Notes under the pieces: model-generated
Database searches by the model: none
Told to the model about the DNA's origin: nothing
Seen by the model: only the letters and a program-made list of their open reading frames with translations
Assembly (NCBI RefSeq): GCF_009914755.1
Contig: NC_060940.1
Length of the DNA stretch: 64,000 nucleotides
Reading direction: 5' to 3' (one strand)
DNA from: the human T2T-CHM13v2.0 reference genome, Homo sapiens
Part shown: piece after piece, positions 39,810-53,710 of the stretch
Numbering within the stretch: position 1 is the stretch's first letter
Layout of the letters: each line of letters starts with the position of its first letter
Program-made: the position numbers and the translations under genes

Positions 39810-40160
39810 ATATTTATAGTGAATTCTTCTGAGGTTTGGTACCTTTGTTGATTATTTTCAGAGTTTAATTTTGGGCAAAGTTGGTCTCTCTTGAATAACT
39901 GGTAAGAGTGAATTTTCTTTGAACAGGTAATTGTCCAGATTGTGTAACTCCGGAATAATAAATTTAGCTCTGAGCTTCCTGGGATCCAAGGCAAAAAGGG
40001 TCAAATTAACCACAGAAACTATGTTAGTCCATGTGGCTGGTATATTTGCCTCTTCCTTCTCCTTCCTCATGGTCTTTGATTTTCCATGTCTATTTTCACA
40101 GCATCTGATTACAAGCTGTCTCAAATCCTTTTTGGGAGCAGGCAGAGTATAAATAGCTAG
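39810..40160 (+). mobile_element. L4 (RTE-X) 3' fragment
   Basis: Ends aagctgtctcaaatcctttttgggagcaggcagagtataaata, like the remembered L4 3' end. Confidence 0.45.
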
Positions 40161-40459
40161 AAACACAAACAACGGATTCATGTGTGTAATGCCTATTTTA
40201 CAGACATGCAATACAAGTCCTGGGTCACACAGCCTGGGCAAGAACCCATGTCCCTTGAATTCCTCTGATTCATAGCAGAATCAGCTCATTTTCCTCTGAT
40301 TCATAGCAGAAGGGCCATACTCTGTGTTTTGGTTTTGCTCCTGAAAGTCCTAACAGAGTATTAGGGAATCTTATATTATTAGTGCTTCTTTAAGAAAACT
40401 GAGACTCAAAGGGATTAAGTACCAGCCAAGGAAGTTAGGGACTGAAATACACTACCGTC

Positions 40460-40870
40460 GTTGCAGCATTTGACAAGGCTCTCATAAAGAGTAGCTGAGA
40501 ACCTCTCGGTATTGATTAGGAGGAATTATCATTGTCTCAGCAATGAGCTTGATTGTATCCTGATAACTTACTATGCTCAGGGATGAGAGAGTAGCTGCAA
40601 CATTTGCATAGCTGGAAGAGTAACAGGGAGCCATTCTCTAATGATCTGCTCAGTGGCCATAATTGCTTTCTATGAAAATTGTCACCGGATAGGTAAATGG
40701 CAAGGAGAGAGCAGGAAGTGACATCATTCTCTCGACTCACTCAACGTACTGATCTGACAGACGCACATCCTAGTGCACAGGACTTTTTACTGAAAGGAGT
40801 AATTATGAGCTGAAAGCATCCCCCAGCTCCTCCAGGGCTGAAGAGTGAGCGGAAACAACACAATTAGAAG
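40460..40870. promoter_or_regulatory. Candidate enhancer
   Basis: No recognisable repeat; octamer ATTTGCAT 40602-40609, ETS CAGGAAGTG, TGACAG, TAATTA cores. Confidence 0.3.
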
Positions 40871-40919
40871 GTAGAAGAATTAGAAGCCAGGGACATGATG
40901 TTGTCAATAACATAAAAAT

Positions 40920-41300
40920 AACTCCTGCCAATTATCAAATGTCTGCTATGTTCCAGGCATTATACACAACACATCGGATATGTTTTCTTATTTATAAATC
41001 TTCCCTCTTCAGAAGGCATTATTGTTTCTACCTTACATCATGGGAAACTGAGGTTCAGAGAGCTTCCAATGACTTGCTGGAAGCTACATTGCAACAAGAA
41101 TGATTGACATGGTGCTTCCTGAGTGCCAGGGAGTATTCTAGTGTTTTCCATATGTAAACTTACTTACTCCTCACAGGATCCTGTGGGATAGGGTCTGTCA
41201 TCAGCCTCATTAACAGGTGAAGAATCTGAGGTGTGAAGAGGTGAAGTGACCTCTGCAAAGTCCCAGAGTGGCCGTGCCTGGTTTTAAAGTCTGTGCCCTT
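40920..41300 (-). mobile_element. Two tandem MIR elements
   Basis: gggaaactgaggttcagagag; acaggtgaagaatctgaggtgtgaagaggtgaagtgacc. Confidence 0.7.
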
Positions 41301-42473
41301 AAGCCTTGGGTCTTCCCTTGGCTTAATAAAGGCCCCCTGCAGGGTTTAACTCTGTCCTTCCCAGCTCCAAAGTCTCTACTCCTCTGTCCTGGGTCTCCCG
41401 GAAGAGAGTGCCCTTCCTCTCTCAACGACTTTCTAAGTAGTGGTTTATTCTAACCGGGGACCATTTTCCAGCCCATCCAATTGGTTCCTGAAGTGAGTGT
41501 GAACCTCTTCATACAGTCCCCAGCTGGCAATGCTCAGTGGACCTGGTGTCTGTTGTATGACAAACACCTGAGGGGATATTATCATCAGAGGGTGGTGGCC
41601 CAGCCCTGGGCCTCTGGCTCTGGATGCTCAGTGGCACAGGGATCTGAGGAAGGGAGGGACAGGCTGCCCTTCTGCACAGAACAGACCAAGCTGGGCCTCA
41701 TGGCAGACCTGGGACCTGCTGCAGCTAAACTTGGTAATTCATTTGAGCAGCTGTATAGATTTCTTAATGCTGAAAACACAGCCCAGAAATGGGAATAGCT
41801 TGGCTCCTCTGAGAACACTACTCCTCTTCACTTAACGCATATGCTGAGGCCAGGTGGGTCCCTGGAAGATGGATTGATGGAAGTTAAGAGGGCTGCCTTT
41901 GCCCCTCTCACCCAAGCCAACACCCTCGATGCTGGGGCCAGGCAATACAGCAGGCAGAAGCGATTTCACTTTTCTCTGCAGCCCGCCCTGGAGACAGCCC
42001 TATTCCTGAGGTGCGGTTGCCTCTGTTACGGGTATGGAAATGGACGTCCTTCTTTAAAAAGCTTCCAAAATATAGGCTTATTCACACACAGAGCAACAGA
42101 GGCTGTGGGCGAAGACCCACTTTAATGAGCAATGAAGAATAACTCATAATAGTTGATAATTAGCACATCGCTGCACAAGTTGCCCGCCAAGCTTCTGGAA
42201 AACTGGTTTTGTTCTGAAGGCCGAATCTGCCCCCTGCAGTCTTGTGTACAGGCTTTGACCAACATGTCCATGTTCAAAGCCAGCACAAGAGGCAACTTCA
42301 GCGAAGTCCTTCCCCCCGGGACCCGCACGTTGCTCTTTCAGTTCTTTCTCCAGACATTCCTGACCTCGTAATCCCAAGTTGGCATTAGCTCAAATGCGGA
42401 CGGTTTTACTGTCCCCTGACCATCCAGTCTAAATAGCAACGATGGTCAAGTGTAAATGGTGCTCTCGCCACAA

Positions 42474-42696
42474 CACTGGTTTTCAACCAGGGGAGGATTC
42501 TGCACCACCACCCCCAGGGGACATGTGCAATGTTAGGAGACATTTTTGGTTGTCACAACTGGGGGAAGGTGCTGCTGGCATTAACGGGGAGAGGCCAGGG
42601 ATGCTGCTGGACCTTCTATAATGAAGAGGGCAGCCGTGCACAGCAAAGAATGATCTGGTGCAAAAAGTCACTAGCGCCCAAGTGGAGAAACCTTGG
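42474..42696 (+). mobile_element. MER20 (hAT-Charlie)
   Basis: ggagacatttttggttgtcacaactggggg...gaggccagggatgctgct...caaagaatgatctgg. Confidence 0.9.
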
Positions 42697-43069
42697 GCGA
42701 CGCTGATTTGACAAGGTTTTTGTGTGTGTGTGTGTGTGTTGTTTGTTTGCTGGTTGTTAAAGCCATTCTACTTTTATGCAAGTCCTTTGTGCTCACGAAG
42801 AGGTTTGTAAATTCACAGGATCATGTTTGAATTCCAAATGAAACTTCCCTGTCCTGATCTTCATATACAGATGTTACCACTCAGTGCTGTCTAAAGCAGC
42901 TAATGATGACTTTGATCGCTGGGCCTGTAAACGTAGACATTAACCATTGTTTGCTAATTGTTCTTCCTATTTCCTGACACTAGCTGCTCTTGGGGGCTTC
43001 AGCCTACAAAACAAAGTCTCCTCATAAGCCCCTGGCCTGTTTGGATAGATCACAGGGAGGGGCAGTATT

Positions 43070-43605
43070 TTTTTTAATCTTTATTTCTTTAAAGCTGTTT
43101 CAAAGACACAGCAAAATACAGAGAGATCTCATCTCTTGCCTACCTTTCCCCATACACAGCCTCCCCCATTATGGATACCTCCCACCAGCGTGGTGACATT
43201 TGTTACAATGGGTGAACCTACATTGACACATCATTGTTGCTCAAAGTCCAGAGTTTGAGAGACTTTTGAAATAGTGGCTTATTCTGACTGGTGACAATTT
43301 TCCAGCCCATGCAATTGGTTCCTGAAGTAAATGTGAACCTCAGCTCGTACAGTCCCTGGTTGGCAATGCTGAGGGTGTTCACTCCTGGTGTTGTACGTTC
43401 TATGGGACTGGACAAATGTGTAATGACATGTGACTACCATTATAGTATCACACGGAGTAGTTTCACTGCCCTACAACCTCCCCATGCTGCCTCTATTCAT
43501 CCCTCTTTTCCCCCAAATCCCTGGAAACCACTGATCTTTTCATTGTCTCTATAGTTTAGTTTTCTTCAGATGTCATAGAGTTGGAATCGCACTGTACGTA
43601 GCAGA
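43070..43605 (-). mobile_element. L1MC1-type 3' end with a templated insert at about 43260-43370
   Basis: gacatttgttacaatgggtgaacctacattgacacatcatt...caaagtccagagttt[insert]agggtgttcactcctggtgttgtac. Confidence 0.85.
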
Positions 43606-44136
43606 CGCAAATTTTTAACTTCTGCTACATACGGTACAATGTACAGAATAGTAAAGTGCCTGTGTTTTTATGTTGACTAGTTTAACTTAAGATGCAGGCA
43701 GGTATTTCTTAAAATATTAAAAATAGAATAACTATATGATCCAGAAATTTCACTTCTGGATGTATATTCAATGGAATTGAAAGTGAGGACTCAAAGAGAT
43801 CTTTGTACACCCATGCTCATAGCAGTGTTATTCACAGTAGCCAAGAGGTGGAAGCAACACAAGTGACCATTGCCAGGTGAATGGATAAGCAAAACATGGT
43901 CTATCCATACAATGGAATATTATTCAGCCTTCTAAAGGAAGGAAATCTTGACATATGCTAGAGCATGGATGAACAGTGAAGACGATATGCTAAGTGAAAT
44001 AAGCCAGTCACAAAAAGACAAATACTGTCTGATTCCAATTATATCAGGTGTTTAGAGTAATCAAATTCATAGAGACAGACAGTGGAATGGGGGTTACCAG
44101 GGCCTGGGGAAAGGGGAGATGGTGTGTTGTTGTTTA

Positions 44137-44373
<237 letters not shown>

Positions 44374-44391
44374 TTATGTTATATATATTTG

Positions 44392-44745
44392 TTAGGTTGG
44401 TACAAAAGTAATTGCAGTTTTTGCCGTTATTTTTAATGCCATTATTATTTTTAATGATGGCAAAAACAGATATTTATGATGGGGGAGGCTGTGTATGGGG
44501 AAAGGTAGGCAAGAGATGAGATCTGTCTGCATTTTGCTGTGTCCTTGAAACAGCTTTAAACAAATAAAGATTTTTTAAAAATCTGCCCCTCCCTGTGGTC
44601 TATCCAAACAGGTCAGGGGCTTATGAGGAGACTTCGTTTTGTAGGCCAAAGCCCCCAAGAGTAGCTAGTGTCAGGAAATAGGAAGTACAATTAGCAAACA
44701 TTGTTTTTAATGGCAAAAACCGCAATTACCTTTGCACGGACCTAA
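44392..44745. mobile_element. MADE1 (Hsmar1 MITE) split by a ~240-bp insert
   Basis: ttaggttggtacaaaagtaattgcagtttttgcc ... ttttaatggcaaaaaccgcaattacctttgcacggacctaa. Confidence 0.88.
44468..44712 (-). repeat. Inverted local duplicate of 42938-43180
   Basis: gggggaggctgtgtatggggaaaggtaggcaagagatgagatct is the exact reverse complement of the 43124-43167 region; gctagtgtcaggaaataggaag matches the 42963-42984 region. Confidence 0.93.
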
Positions 44746-46094
44746 CTGAAATGGCTAAAATGGTAAATTTCATGTGATGTATATTTTACTACAATTAAAA
44801 TGAAAAGATGCTGGCAAGTAGGATCCAGGCAGTGACAAGGAGGGACGCAGCAGGTTAGCAGAGGATCCTGGAGCCACAGGAAGGGAATGGGGTTCCTGGA
44901 AGTGGGGCTGAGGGTAGCCCATTGGCTCAGAGCATCTTCAGCTGCCTAGGGAGAGTTCAGTCAATTTCAGGGGCAGTACCTTCAATCTGAAGAGATATTT
45001 GGAGGCCGGCATTGCTTGAACTGAGGAGGAGAAGCAGAGGAAGTGGGAAAAGAATCCAACTCTTTTGAAAGCCCCCAGCCATCTTCATGGGGTGTTGCCT
45101 TTCTCGTAGAATCTAAGCTCCATTAAGGCCAGGACATTGTGAGTCTGCTTACCATTCAATCACCGGATGTTGGAACAGTGCCTCAATCATAGTAGGTGCT
45201 CAGTAAATATTTGTGCGATGGCTACATAAAGTCTTACTGCAGCCCAAGTTATTTTCCAAAAAATCATCTCTGAATGTGTCAGTCTCCTGTTCCCGAATAT
45301 TCTACGGCTCCTGTCACGGAAGGAAGAATGAAATCTAGATGCCTTCGTGGAGCATTCGAGGCTTTTGACATACTGAGCCTTTGGTACCAGCCGCATTTCA
45401 TATTATATCCCCCTCCAGACTTTGCTATTTCCCAAAAACGCCCTGGGCTTTCTCACCCACGTGACTTTATTTTTTTTTTTTCCACAAAGTTTTCAGCATC
45501 TGTAAAATGCTAAAAGTCTTTGCCTCCTTCTAGGTGCAGTAGATTTGAGGCAGGGATAGAGTGGTATTTATGGGGGAAAAGACACATTCTCCCAAAGCTT
45601 GCCCAATACTGCTTGACTCCGTGTACCTGCTGAGGAGGGGGCAGTGGCGTGTGGTGGGAGTGACTGGCTTCTCAGACTAAGGACAGGCTGCCAGAGTCCA
45701 ACCCTTGCTGGGACCCATGGGGCAGAGAAGGGGATTGAAAGGGGCTGGCGAAGGGGGTATTGATGGGAATCAGAATCATGGCAGCCTTCCCAGAACTTCC
45801 CTCCTCGCCCTCTGCCAGCACCTTCACCCTCTGCCAGCACTGTGGTGCACAGACCCCAAGATGGGCATGGAGGGAAGTGAATGGAACCATGGGTCATCCA
45901 GGCCCTCACGCAGGGCCCAGCTTTATTCACGGTGGAAGCCCCATGGCATCAAGCTGGTATGGGGGCTCCTTAACAGACAGTGCGCTGCTAATCAGAGCAG
46001 CAAGGCACAGCCGTCAATAACATGGGCTTAGATATGAATCACAGCCCATTTCAAATCTGGGTTGCTCCATCCTCCGTGCTCGTGGATGAGTTCT

Positions 46095-46398
46095 ACGCCT
46101 CACAATCAGTAGCATCTTTGCCGGATTCTTCATCTCTAACAATATTGTTGCAGTATCAATTCCCCAAACAGCCGTGCCACTCCACCTAAAACTTGTGGCC
46201 CTCAGCGTGACTATCTAGGCTTTTCACTAGCAATAGAACTTAGCCTTATACCTAACAACCTTAAACTTAAGCACCCATCACAAACATTAAATTTCTCAAA
46301 CATATTAGGATTTTACCCAGTCACAATAAACCGTGTAATCCCGCATTCAAATCTACATGCAAGTCAAAATCTAGCCTCCCTTCTACTAGAACTAATTT
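46095..46398 (+). pseudogene. NUMT: mitochondrial ND5 fragment (MT-ND5 pseudogene)
   Basis: Mitochondrial-code translation RLTISSIFAGFFISNNI...PLHLKLVALSVTI / LGFSLAMEL...NFSNMLGFYP...SQNLASLLLEL aligns to the ND5 C-terminal region (human RLAAGSLFAGFLITNNI...FSNMLGFYP...SQNLPLLLLDL); 1-nt frameshift near 46215. Confidence 0.92.
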
Positions 46399-46500
46399 CC
46401 TCAATCTGTCTGTACCTCAGCTTCCCCATCTGTAAAGTGGGGATGACAGTTGTACCCAGCGAATTGATATGAGGATTCAAGTAGACAGTGTAAGGAAAGG
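46399..46500 (+). mobile_element. MIR 3' part (5' part at about 46025-46094), split by the NUMT
   Basis: ctgtacctcagcttccccatctgtaaagtggggatgac. Confidence 0.75.
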
Positions 46501-46779
46501 TGTGGGTTTTTTGTTTTTTTTTTTCACAGAGCTGGACGTGTCTTATGAGATGTTGGATGTGCTTACTAATATTAATTTTCATGATTGATGTAATAACAAA
46601 CTAAATATTTGCATGGCGTTTCAGGGAAAACAAAGAACATGCACACTGGTTGCTAAATTAAGGAACTGAGTGGGTTGGTGTCATTCTCCCATTCTACACA
46701 GGATGTTGGATGCGGGGCTAGCCCTGATTGGGCACCAACACGCCAGGTGGACCGTGGTGATGCATCCTGTTTGGATCCT

Positions 46780-46910
46780 CTCAGCCACAACGGCTGGGTG
46801 ATACAAAAATGTCCATTTTGCAGATACAAAAACTGAGGTTCAGGGAGGCATGGGACTTACACTCAGCCCATAAGTGGCAGAGTTGGGATAGAACTCCAGA
46901 TGTGTCCCCC
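46780..46910 (-). mobile_element. MIR SINE
   Basis: ccattttgcagatacaaaaactgaggttcagggagg. Confidence 0.75.
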
Positions 46911-49359
46911 TTGAGCTGCTATCTGTGCCATGAGGGTCACAGGCAGAGAGGGAGGCCTGAGAAAGTGAAAAGATGCCTTACGTTGGGGGAGGAGAAGTGG
47001 ATTCTCATCTTCTCTCCTCCTCCTCCCCTCCAGCAGGTGGGCCTGGCAGCTGAGGCAGGGAGGCTACTGTGGCTGCAAGCGGGGGAGTGGGCTGAAGTTT
47101 CTCCCCCTAAGTGGGGGTGGCCTAGGCCCCCATCCTTCTAGGGAGTCGAGAGGCCGGGCCATGATGGGCCTTTTGTGCCCTACACCCTCTTCTCCAGAGA
47201 CCAAGAGGGCACTTGATCCCAATTACAGAAAGTGGCTGGGTCAGCCGTCACCTCGCATGATCCGAGTACCTCAGATGGCAATTGATTAAAACCCAGACAG
47301 CACTTGCCCGCGCTCGGCCTTGCATCTGGGAGCCGGGGCCCTCCTGTGCCTCGGAGTAGAGGCTGGCTGGGCACAGTCACCTCTCCTTAGCCCCAGCACT
47401 GCAAACAGAGGGATCGCTTGGTGGGCCCAGGGCTCATGATCATGGGCAGAGGCAGAAAGTCATGGTCAAGTCTACAGGACTGGGGAAAGGCCCAGCACCC
47501 TGGCATCGAGGGGCAGCTTTGCCAAGTGACATGTCTTTCCAGGCACTGAGCCGGGCTGGGGGTGTGGCAGTCACAGGGAGCCTGGGATGTGGTGGCCCTG
47601 TCCTCAGCTTGGTCAGCCTGTCTTCTTTTTTAGGGTCCCCAAGTCTGCTTTCTGTCCTCTCACCTGGGCCAGCTCCCAGACAGCGAGGACCAAGCCTCAG
47701 CCTTCTCAGACTCCTCCATTGCAGCTGGGCCTGGGAGAAGGAAATCCATGTGGATGGGCTGCCAATCCCTTCACTCTATGAAGAGTGTGCCTCGCCTCTC
47801 CATCCCCGTGTCTCATCCTCGAGATGGGCTGTGCAAGTGGGCAGCCCTGCAGGGCTTATGTGGATTGGGAAGGTCTGGGGGCAAAGCGGAGGGTGGCTGA
47901 GTATGCAAGGCCAGAGGACCAGAGCCAGCTGAGTAATCTAGTGGGCCCTCGGGGGCAGATGACACCTGCCACGCCCTGGATCGTGCATGGCAGTCAGCCA
48001 CGACTCCCCTCTGTGGCCCAGCATATGTGGTCATGTCCACCTCCCCGCTGGGAGAATCAGCAGGGCCCTGGGAGTATCACGCCCATTTGACAGATGCAAA
48101 AACCAAAGCTTAGGAAGAGAAAGAAACTTGTCTGGAGCTACACAGCGAGCTGGTGGTAGAGTGGCTCCCGGACCATGAAGCTGCCAAGCCCAGGCGGGGA
48201 GACAGTCCCTCTGCCTCTGGCTTTGTCTCTGCTTCCATGCACACCAGAGTGCCCCTTGCTCCCAGCTCCTGTACCCTTGGCTACCTTTGGTTCCAAGGTC
48301 ACGATTAATGCTCATGTTCTCTCTGACCTCTGGCCTCAGGCTGTGCCAATTTCATGAACAGGCACAACATTAGGGTCTTTTGTTTGGGTATGAAGAAAAG
48401 GTGGGTGGAGTCATTTTGGGAGTGAGTGCTCAGTAGGGGGGGAATGCCAGGGCACCCAGGTAGCCTGGACAGCGCCTTTGTGCAGATTAATTGAGATACA
48501 CCTTTCTCAGGGCAGCTCATACCAGGCATCCCACTAGAAGAGTGGGGTGGAGGCTGAATTTATTCCCCCATTACGGCTGTTAGGAATGCTCTGGTGTAGT
48601 GAACAACCTGTACAGCTGTGCACAGTTGCCCAGAGGATCACAGTGCTCCAGAGCTGGGAAAGCTTAGCTTTGTCACCCACTGTCTCCTTAGATCTCTACT
48701 ATCTTGACTCCAAGGTTCCTAGGTACGACACTGTCAAGGGGTGCCTGGATTAGAGCAGATTTTCTGCAATTGGAGAGGCTGAAATCACCTACTCATGGCC
48801 GAGGCAGGGCACTGGGGCCCAGAGAGAGCCACGGTCTACCCACGGCCACCCAGGGCTTGCACTCTGCAGCGTCACCAACCATATGCAGGCCTAGCCTCGC
48901 ACTTCCCTTTCCAGGAAAGCTTGGATGAAGAAATAACAGGAGGGGGCTCTTTCCTTTTGTGCCCTGCAAAATCAGGTTTTGATTACGGTTTATTGCAAGG
49001 CTGCATTCCATTCAGAGCTTTTCAGAAGAACATTTCCAATTCTTTGGTTAAAAATAGGCGCCAGCTGAGGTCTCCTTCGTTCCCCCCACCCACATGGTGG
49101 AAGGAGCACTCATCTCTGCCACGTCTCACAGTTTGTGAACTTGGACAAGTTACGTAGCCTTCCAGAGGCACAGCTGGAGCAGCTGCAGGATGGGGATGCG
49201 GATGTGCCGCCCTTCTTTGGATTTGAGAGGGTGACATGAGACCATGGAGATAAGTAAGTTTATATGGCTGGGACACAGAAGCGGCTGCAGGGCTTCAGTG
49301 TGCGCCGTGACTTTGACTCCAAAGGTGATGGTCTAGCAATTTGTCCCAATGTCTTTAAA

Positions 49360-50060
<701 letters not shown>

Positions 50061-50220
50061 TTTATCATCTTGAAAAAATAAAAGTGGACTGAGCATCATG
50101 GATTTAAGAAGACATTTTTGGATCATTTCCTCCTCCAGGAGGACCTCCAAGATTAGCACGATAAGTTCGCCATCCACTGTTACGCTCTGCCTGGCAGAGT
50201 GCCTTTTCTTTGTTCTAATA

Positions 50221-50536
50221 CAGCACTATCCAATAGAAATGTAAATGTGAGCCATTTATATAATTTTAAATTCTCTACTAGCCACATTTTTAAAAAAGTA
50301 AAGTGAAACCTGGTAAAATTAATTTAATAATAAATTTTATTTAACTCATTATGTCCAGAATATTATTTCAACATGCAAACAACATAAAAATGTTAATGTG
50401 ATATTTTACATTCTTCTTTTTCATATTGTCTTCCAAACTCAGTGTGTATTTTACAATTATACATTTTCATTTGGACCAACTGCATTTCAAGTGCTCAGTA
50501 GCCACATGTGGCTAGCAGCTACCCTGGACATTACAG
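50221..50536. mobile_element. MER33 (hAT-Charlie)
   Basis: cagcactatccaatagaaat ... caagtgctcagtagccacatgtggctag; TSD ttctaa.. Confidence 0.88.
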
Positions 50537-51868
50537 TTCTAACCCATCCCCTTCTTTCTCTTGCTGGAGAAACCTGTATAAGGGGATTGGACTAGATTAA
50601 GGAGAGCAGATCTTTGGCACACTCACTGCTCCCCACTCTTTCTGCGCCTGTGGCAGACATCAATAATGGATAGCCAATCACTCAGGTTAGTCTTTCTGAG
50701 TCTGGACCTGCCTCTGCATCTCCTTATCCCAACAGATATTAGCATATGATGGGAGTAGGAAACCAACTGGACTCTCTTTGCCACACTGAATCTTGATGTT
50801 CTCATGGGCTTGTGGCTTTCTGACATCTGAAGACCCAGACTCTGGGTTTTTGCCACTCTGTCTCTTTCATGTCTACAAACCTGCCTCCTGTCTCCTCTCA
50901 GTTTTTGTTTAATTCAGACCACAGAGGCCTACCTTCTATTTATTCTCACCAATTTCCAGTGCTTTTTTTTTCAGCTCACTCTTGTCCTACTGAGTCTCAG
51001 GGCCAGAGCTGCGCACCAGGCTGAGAGGTGAAGTCAGTTGTGAGCTGCAGCCCATCACCCTGTAGGCATCTTCTTCCACTGGGCCCGGGCCGTGCTAGGG
51101 CTCTCAGGCCTTGGGGATGGGCACAGAACACGGATCTCTAATTACAGGTGAAGCTCGAGGATGGCAGCGAGTGGAGACCAGCACCCACAGAAAAATCTGC
51201 TACAACCTGCCGTGCCTCAATTACCCAGAATCATGGGGCAGCAACATTTATCCATGTATTTAAATATTTTAGGTAATTGAAAGTTGCCCTTTCTGTATGC
51301 AACTTTTTCTTATTTAAATGTCTTAAGATAAAAATTTCCTGACTAGATCATCTATGTCCATGTTTTCTTAGAGAACTCTGAACATTATTTAACCTTCCAT
51401 GGAGGCCTTAAAATATGAATATTCATTAGTATTCTGTGCTATGATACATTCAGAATGTGTTCAAGACCCACCGAAGTATGGAGGATTGTTTGTCCTTGTG
51501 CCAAATGTCCCCAGGGGCTCTGCTTTTTCAAGTATCCTGTCTGCATTGTGAATGTTTCTCTCTCATTTTCCTGCCAGGATGAGGGCTGTCACTTCTGTTT
51601 CCTGATGTACATGCTTCTCAAGCATCACCTCGCTCCCCATTCTAATTTGATGCTTCCGTAGGTTTCAAAACCGCATCACTGCAATTGTTAGTATTGTTTG
51701 TCAAGTAAGAGTAATTAAGCCCTAAGTAGGATCCCATGGGGGCTCATCTATAAGTAAAAATGTCTGGATAAGGCAACAATTCTTTAGAGTTGTACTTTGA
51801 ATCGCTGAGGTTACCAAATAATTAAATTTTGAATAACTCACTCTTAGTACTACACAGTTTAACATTTA

Positions 51869-52215
<347 letters not shown>

Positions 52216-52784
52216 TTAAGCCACTAGCGTGTAGTAGGTGCACAATAAGTATCCCTGTGGATACACATGGCTAGTTGTAGCTAACTTAGAAGCAGCAGAG
52301 GAAGGAGTAGAAGATTGGGCTGGGTTAGTCAGGGAAGGCTTCCTGGAGGAGGCAAGATGAACTATGCTTGGAAGCATAAAAACAAGTGGGATAAGGCAGG
52401 CATTCCAGGCAGACCCCATGGCAGAAGGAGGACATGCAGATGATCATATTTCATCAGCTAAGGAGTGAAGAGAAGCAGAATGTGGGAATCTTTTTCCTCC
52501 TCCATTAAAGATGTTCAATTTTCCCTTACCTGCTACCTTCTAATGTTCCTGGGTAGAGAGTCCTTCCTAGGAGGGCTTTGGAGACTCTTGGTTATTTCCT
52601 GGGATGAACCTTGCTTTTCTCATCTTTAAAGTGTGACTCTCTGGGCTCTGTTGACTTACAGACTGTGGGTGCAAAATGTTTTGGAAACTTTCAAGTGCTC
52701 TGAGGATGAAAAGGTAGGAAGCATAGATGAACTTCAATTGAGCATCTGCTCAGTTAAAATCTAGATGAACTCAGTGACTCTGGA

Positions 52785-53025
52785 GGGGGAAGTGGAGGGA
52801 TTGTTTGAGGCCAGACATTTGAGACCAGACTGGGCAACACAATGAGACCCTATCTCTACAAAAATAAAAAAATACATAACCGGGTGTGTTGGCACATACC
52901 TGTAGTCCCAGCTTCTAGGAAGGCTGAGGTGGGAGGATGTTTTGAGCCCAGGAGTTAGAAGCTGCAGTGAGGAGCTTCTTCCAATGCACTCCAGCCTGGG
53001 TGACAGAACAAAACCTTGACTCTGA

Positions 53026-53058
<33 letters not shown>
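52785..53058 (+). mobile_element. AluJ, 5'-truncated, with (AAT)n tail
   Basis: tgagaccagactgggcaacacaatgagaccc...ggaggatgttttgagcccaggag. Confidence 0.88.
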
Positions 53059-53059
<1 letters not shown>

Positions 53060-53079
53060 TTTAGAGGACATTTTAACTA

Positions 53080-53710
53080 CACAAGGAACACATGACTACA
53101 TGCAGATATATATAGATATACATGTTACAGCTTAGAATTAAGTTCTTTGTGACCACTATCCCCTAGTCCTGGTGCCATACTTCATTCCCTGGAGACAATT
53201 ATTGTGAATTCTTTCAGACATGCTTCTGCATATTTACACACGTGTATATGTATTTGTGGAAATATATGGCATTGTTTTGATTTGATTTGATGTAAACAGA
53301 CTCAAAGTACTCACGTTTCTTTCCCCCCCAACAACGTGTCTTCATGCTTGTCCCTTGTGAGAACCCGTAGAAACAACATGATTCTTTTTATTGGCTGCAC
53401 AACGTTCCATGGAATGGCTATGCTGTGGTTTAATTAGACATTCCCCATCTGACGAACATTTAGGTTGTTCTCATTTTGTCAACTTTGGTAAATCACATGG
53501 TGTGACCGTCTGGGCACATACCTCTTTAGACACGGTGGTGAGTGTTTCCTGGGGTAGCCACGAAGAGGTGTAATTGCTGGGTCACTGGATCTCTGTGTGT
53601 TTTAAGTTTCAGGAGCCACTGCCAAGTTGCCTTCCAAAATAGCCATACTGTCTTCTACTTCTACCAGTCCTGGCTGATGGGAACCATTTATCTTCATCCT
53701 CACCAGCTCC
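53080..53710 (-). mobile_element. L1ME-type fragment
   Basis: gacgaacatttaggttgttc...taattgctgggtca...ctgccaagttgccttccaaaat. Confidence 0.65.

Noticed and set aside
40260-40311. 21-bp direct repeat with a 10-bp spacer (similar short duplication at 56869-56912)
   Set aside because: Only two copies; ordinary slippage, not CRISPR-like.
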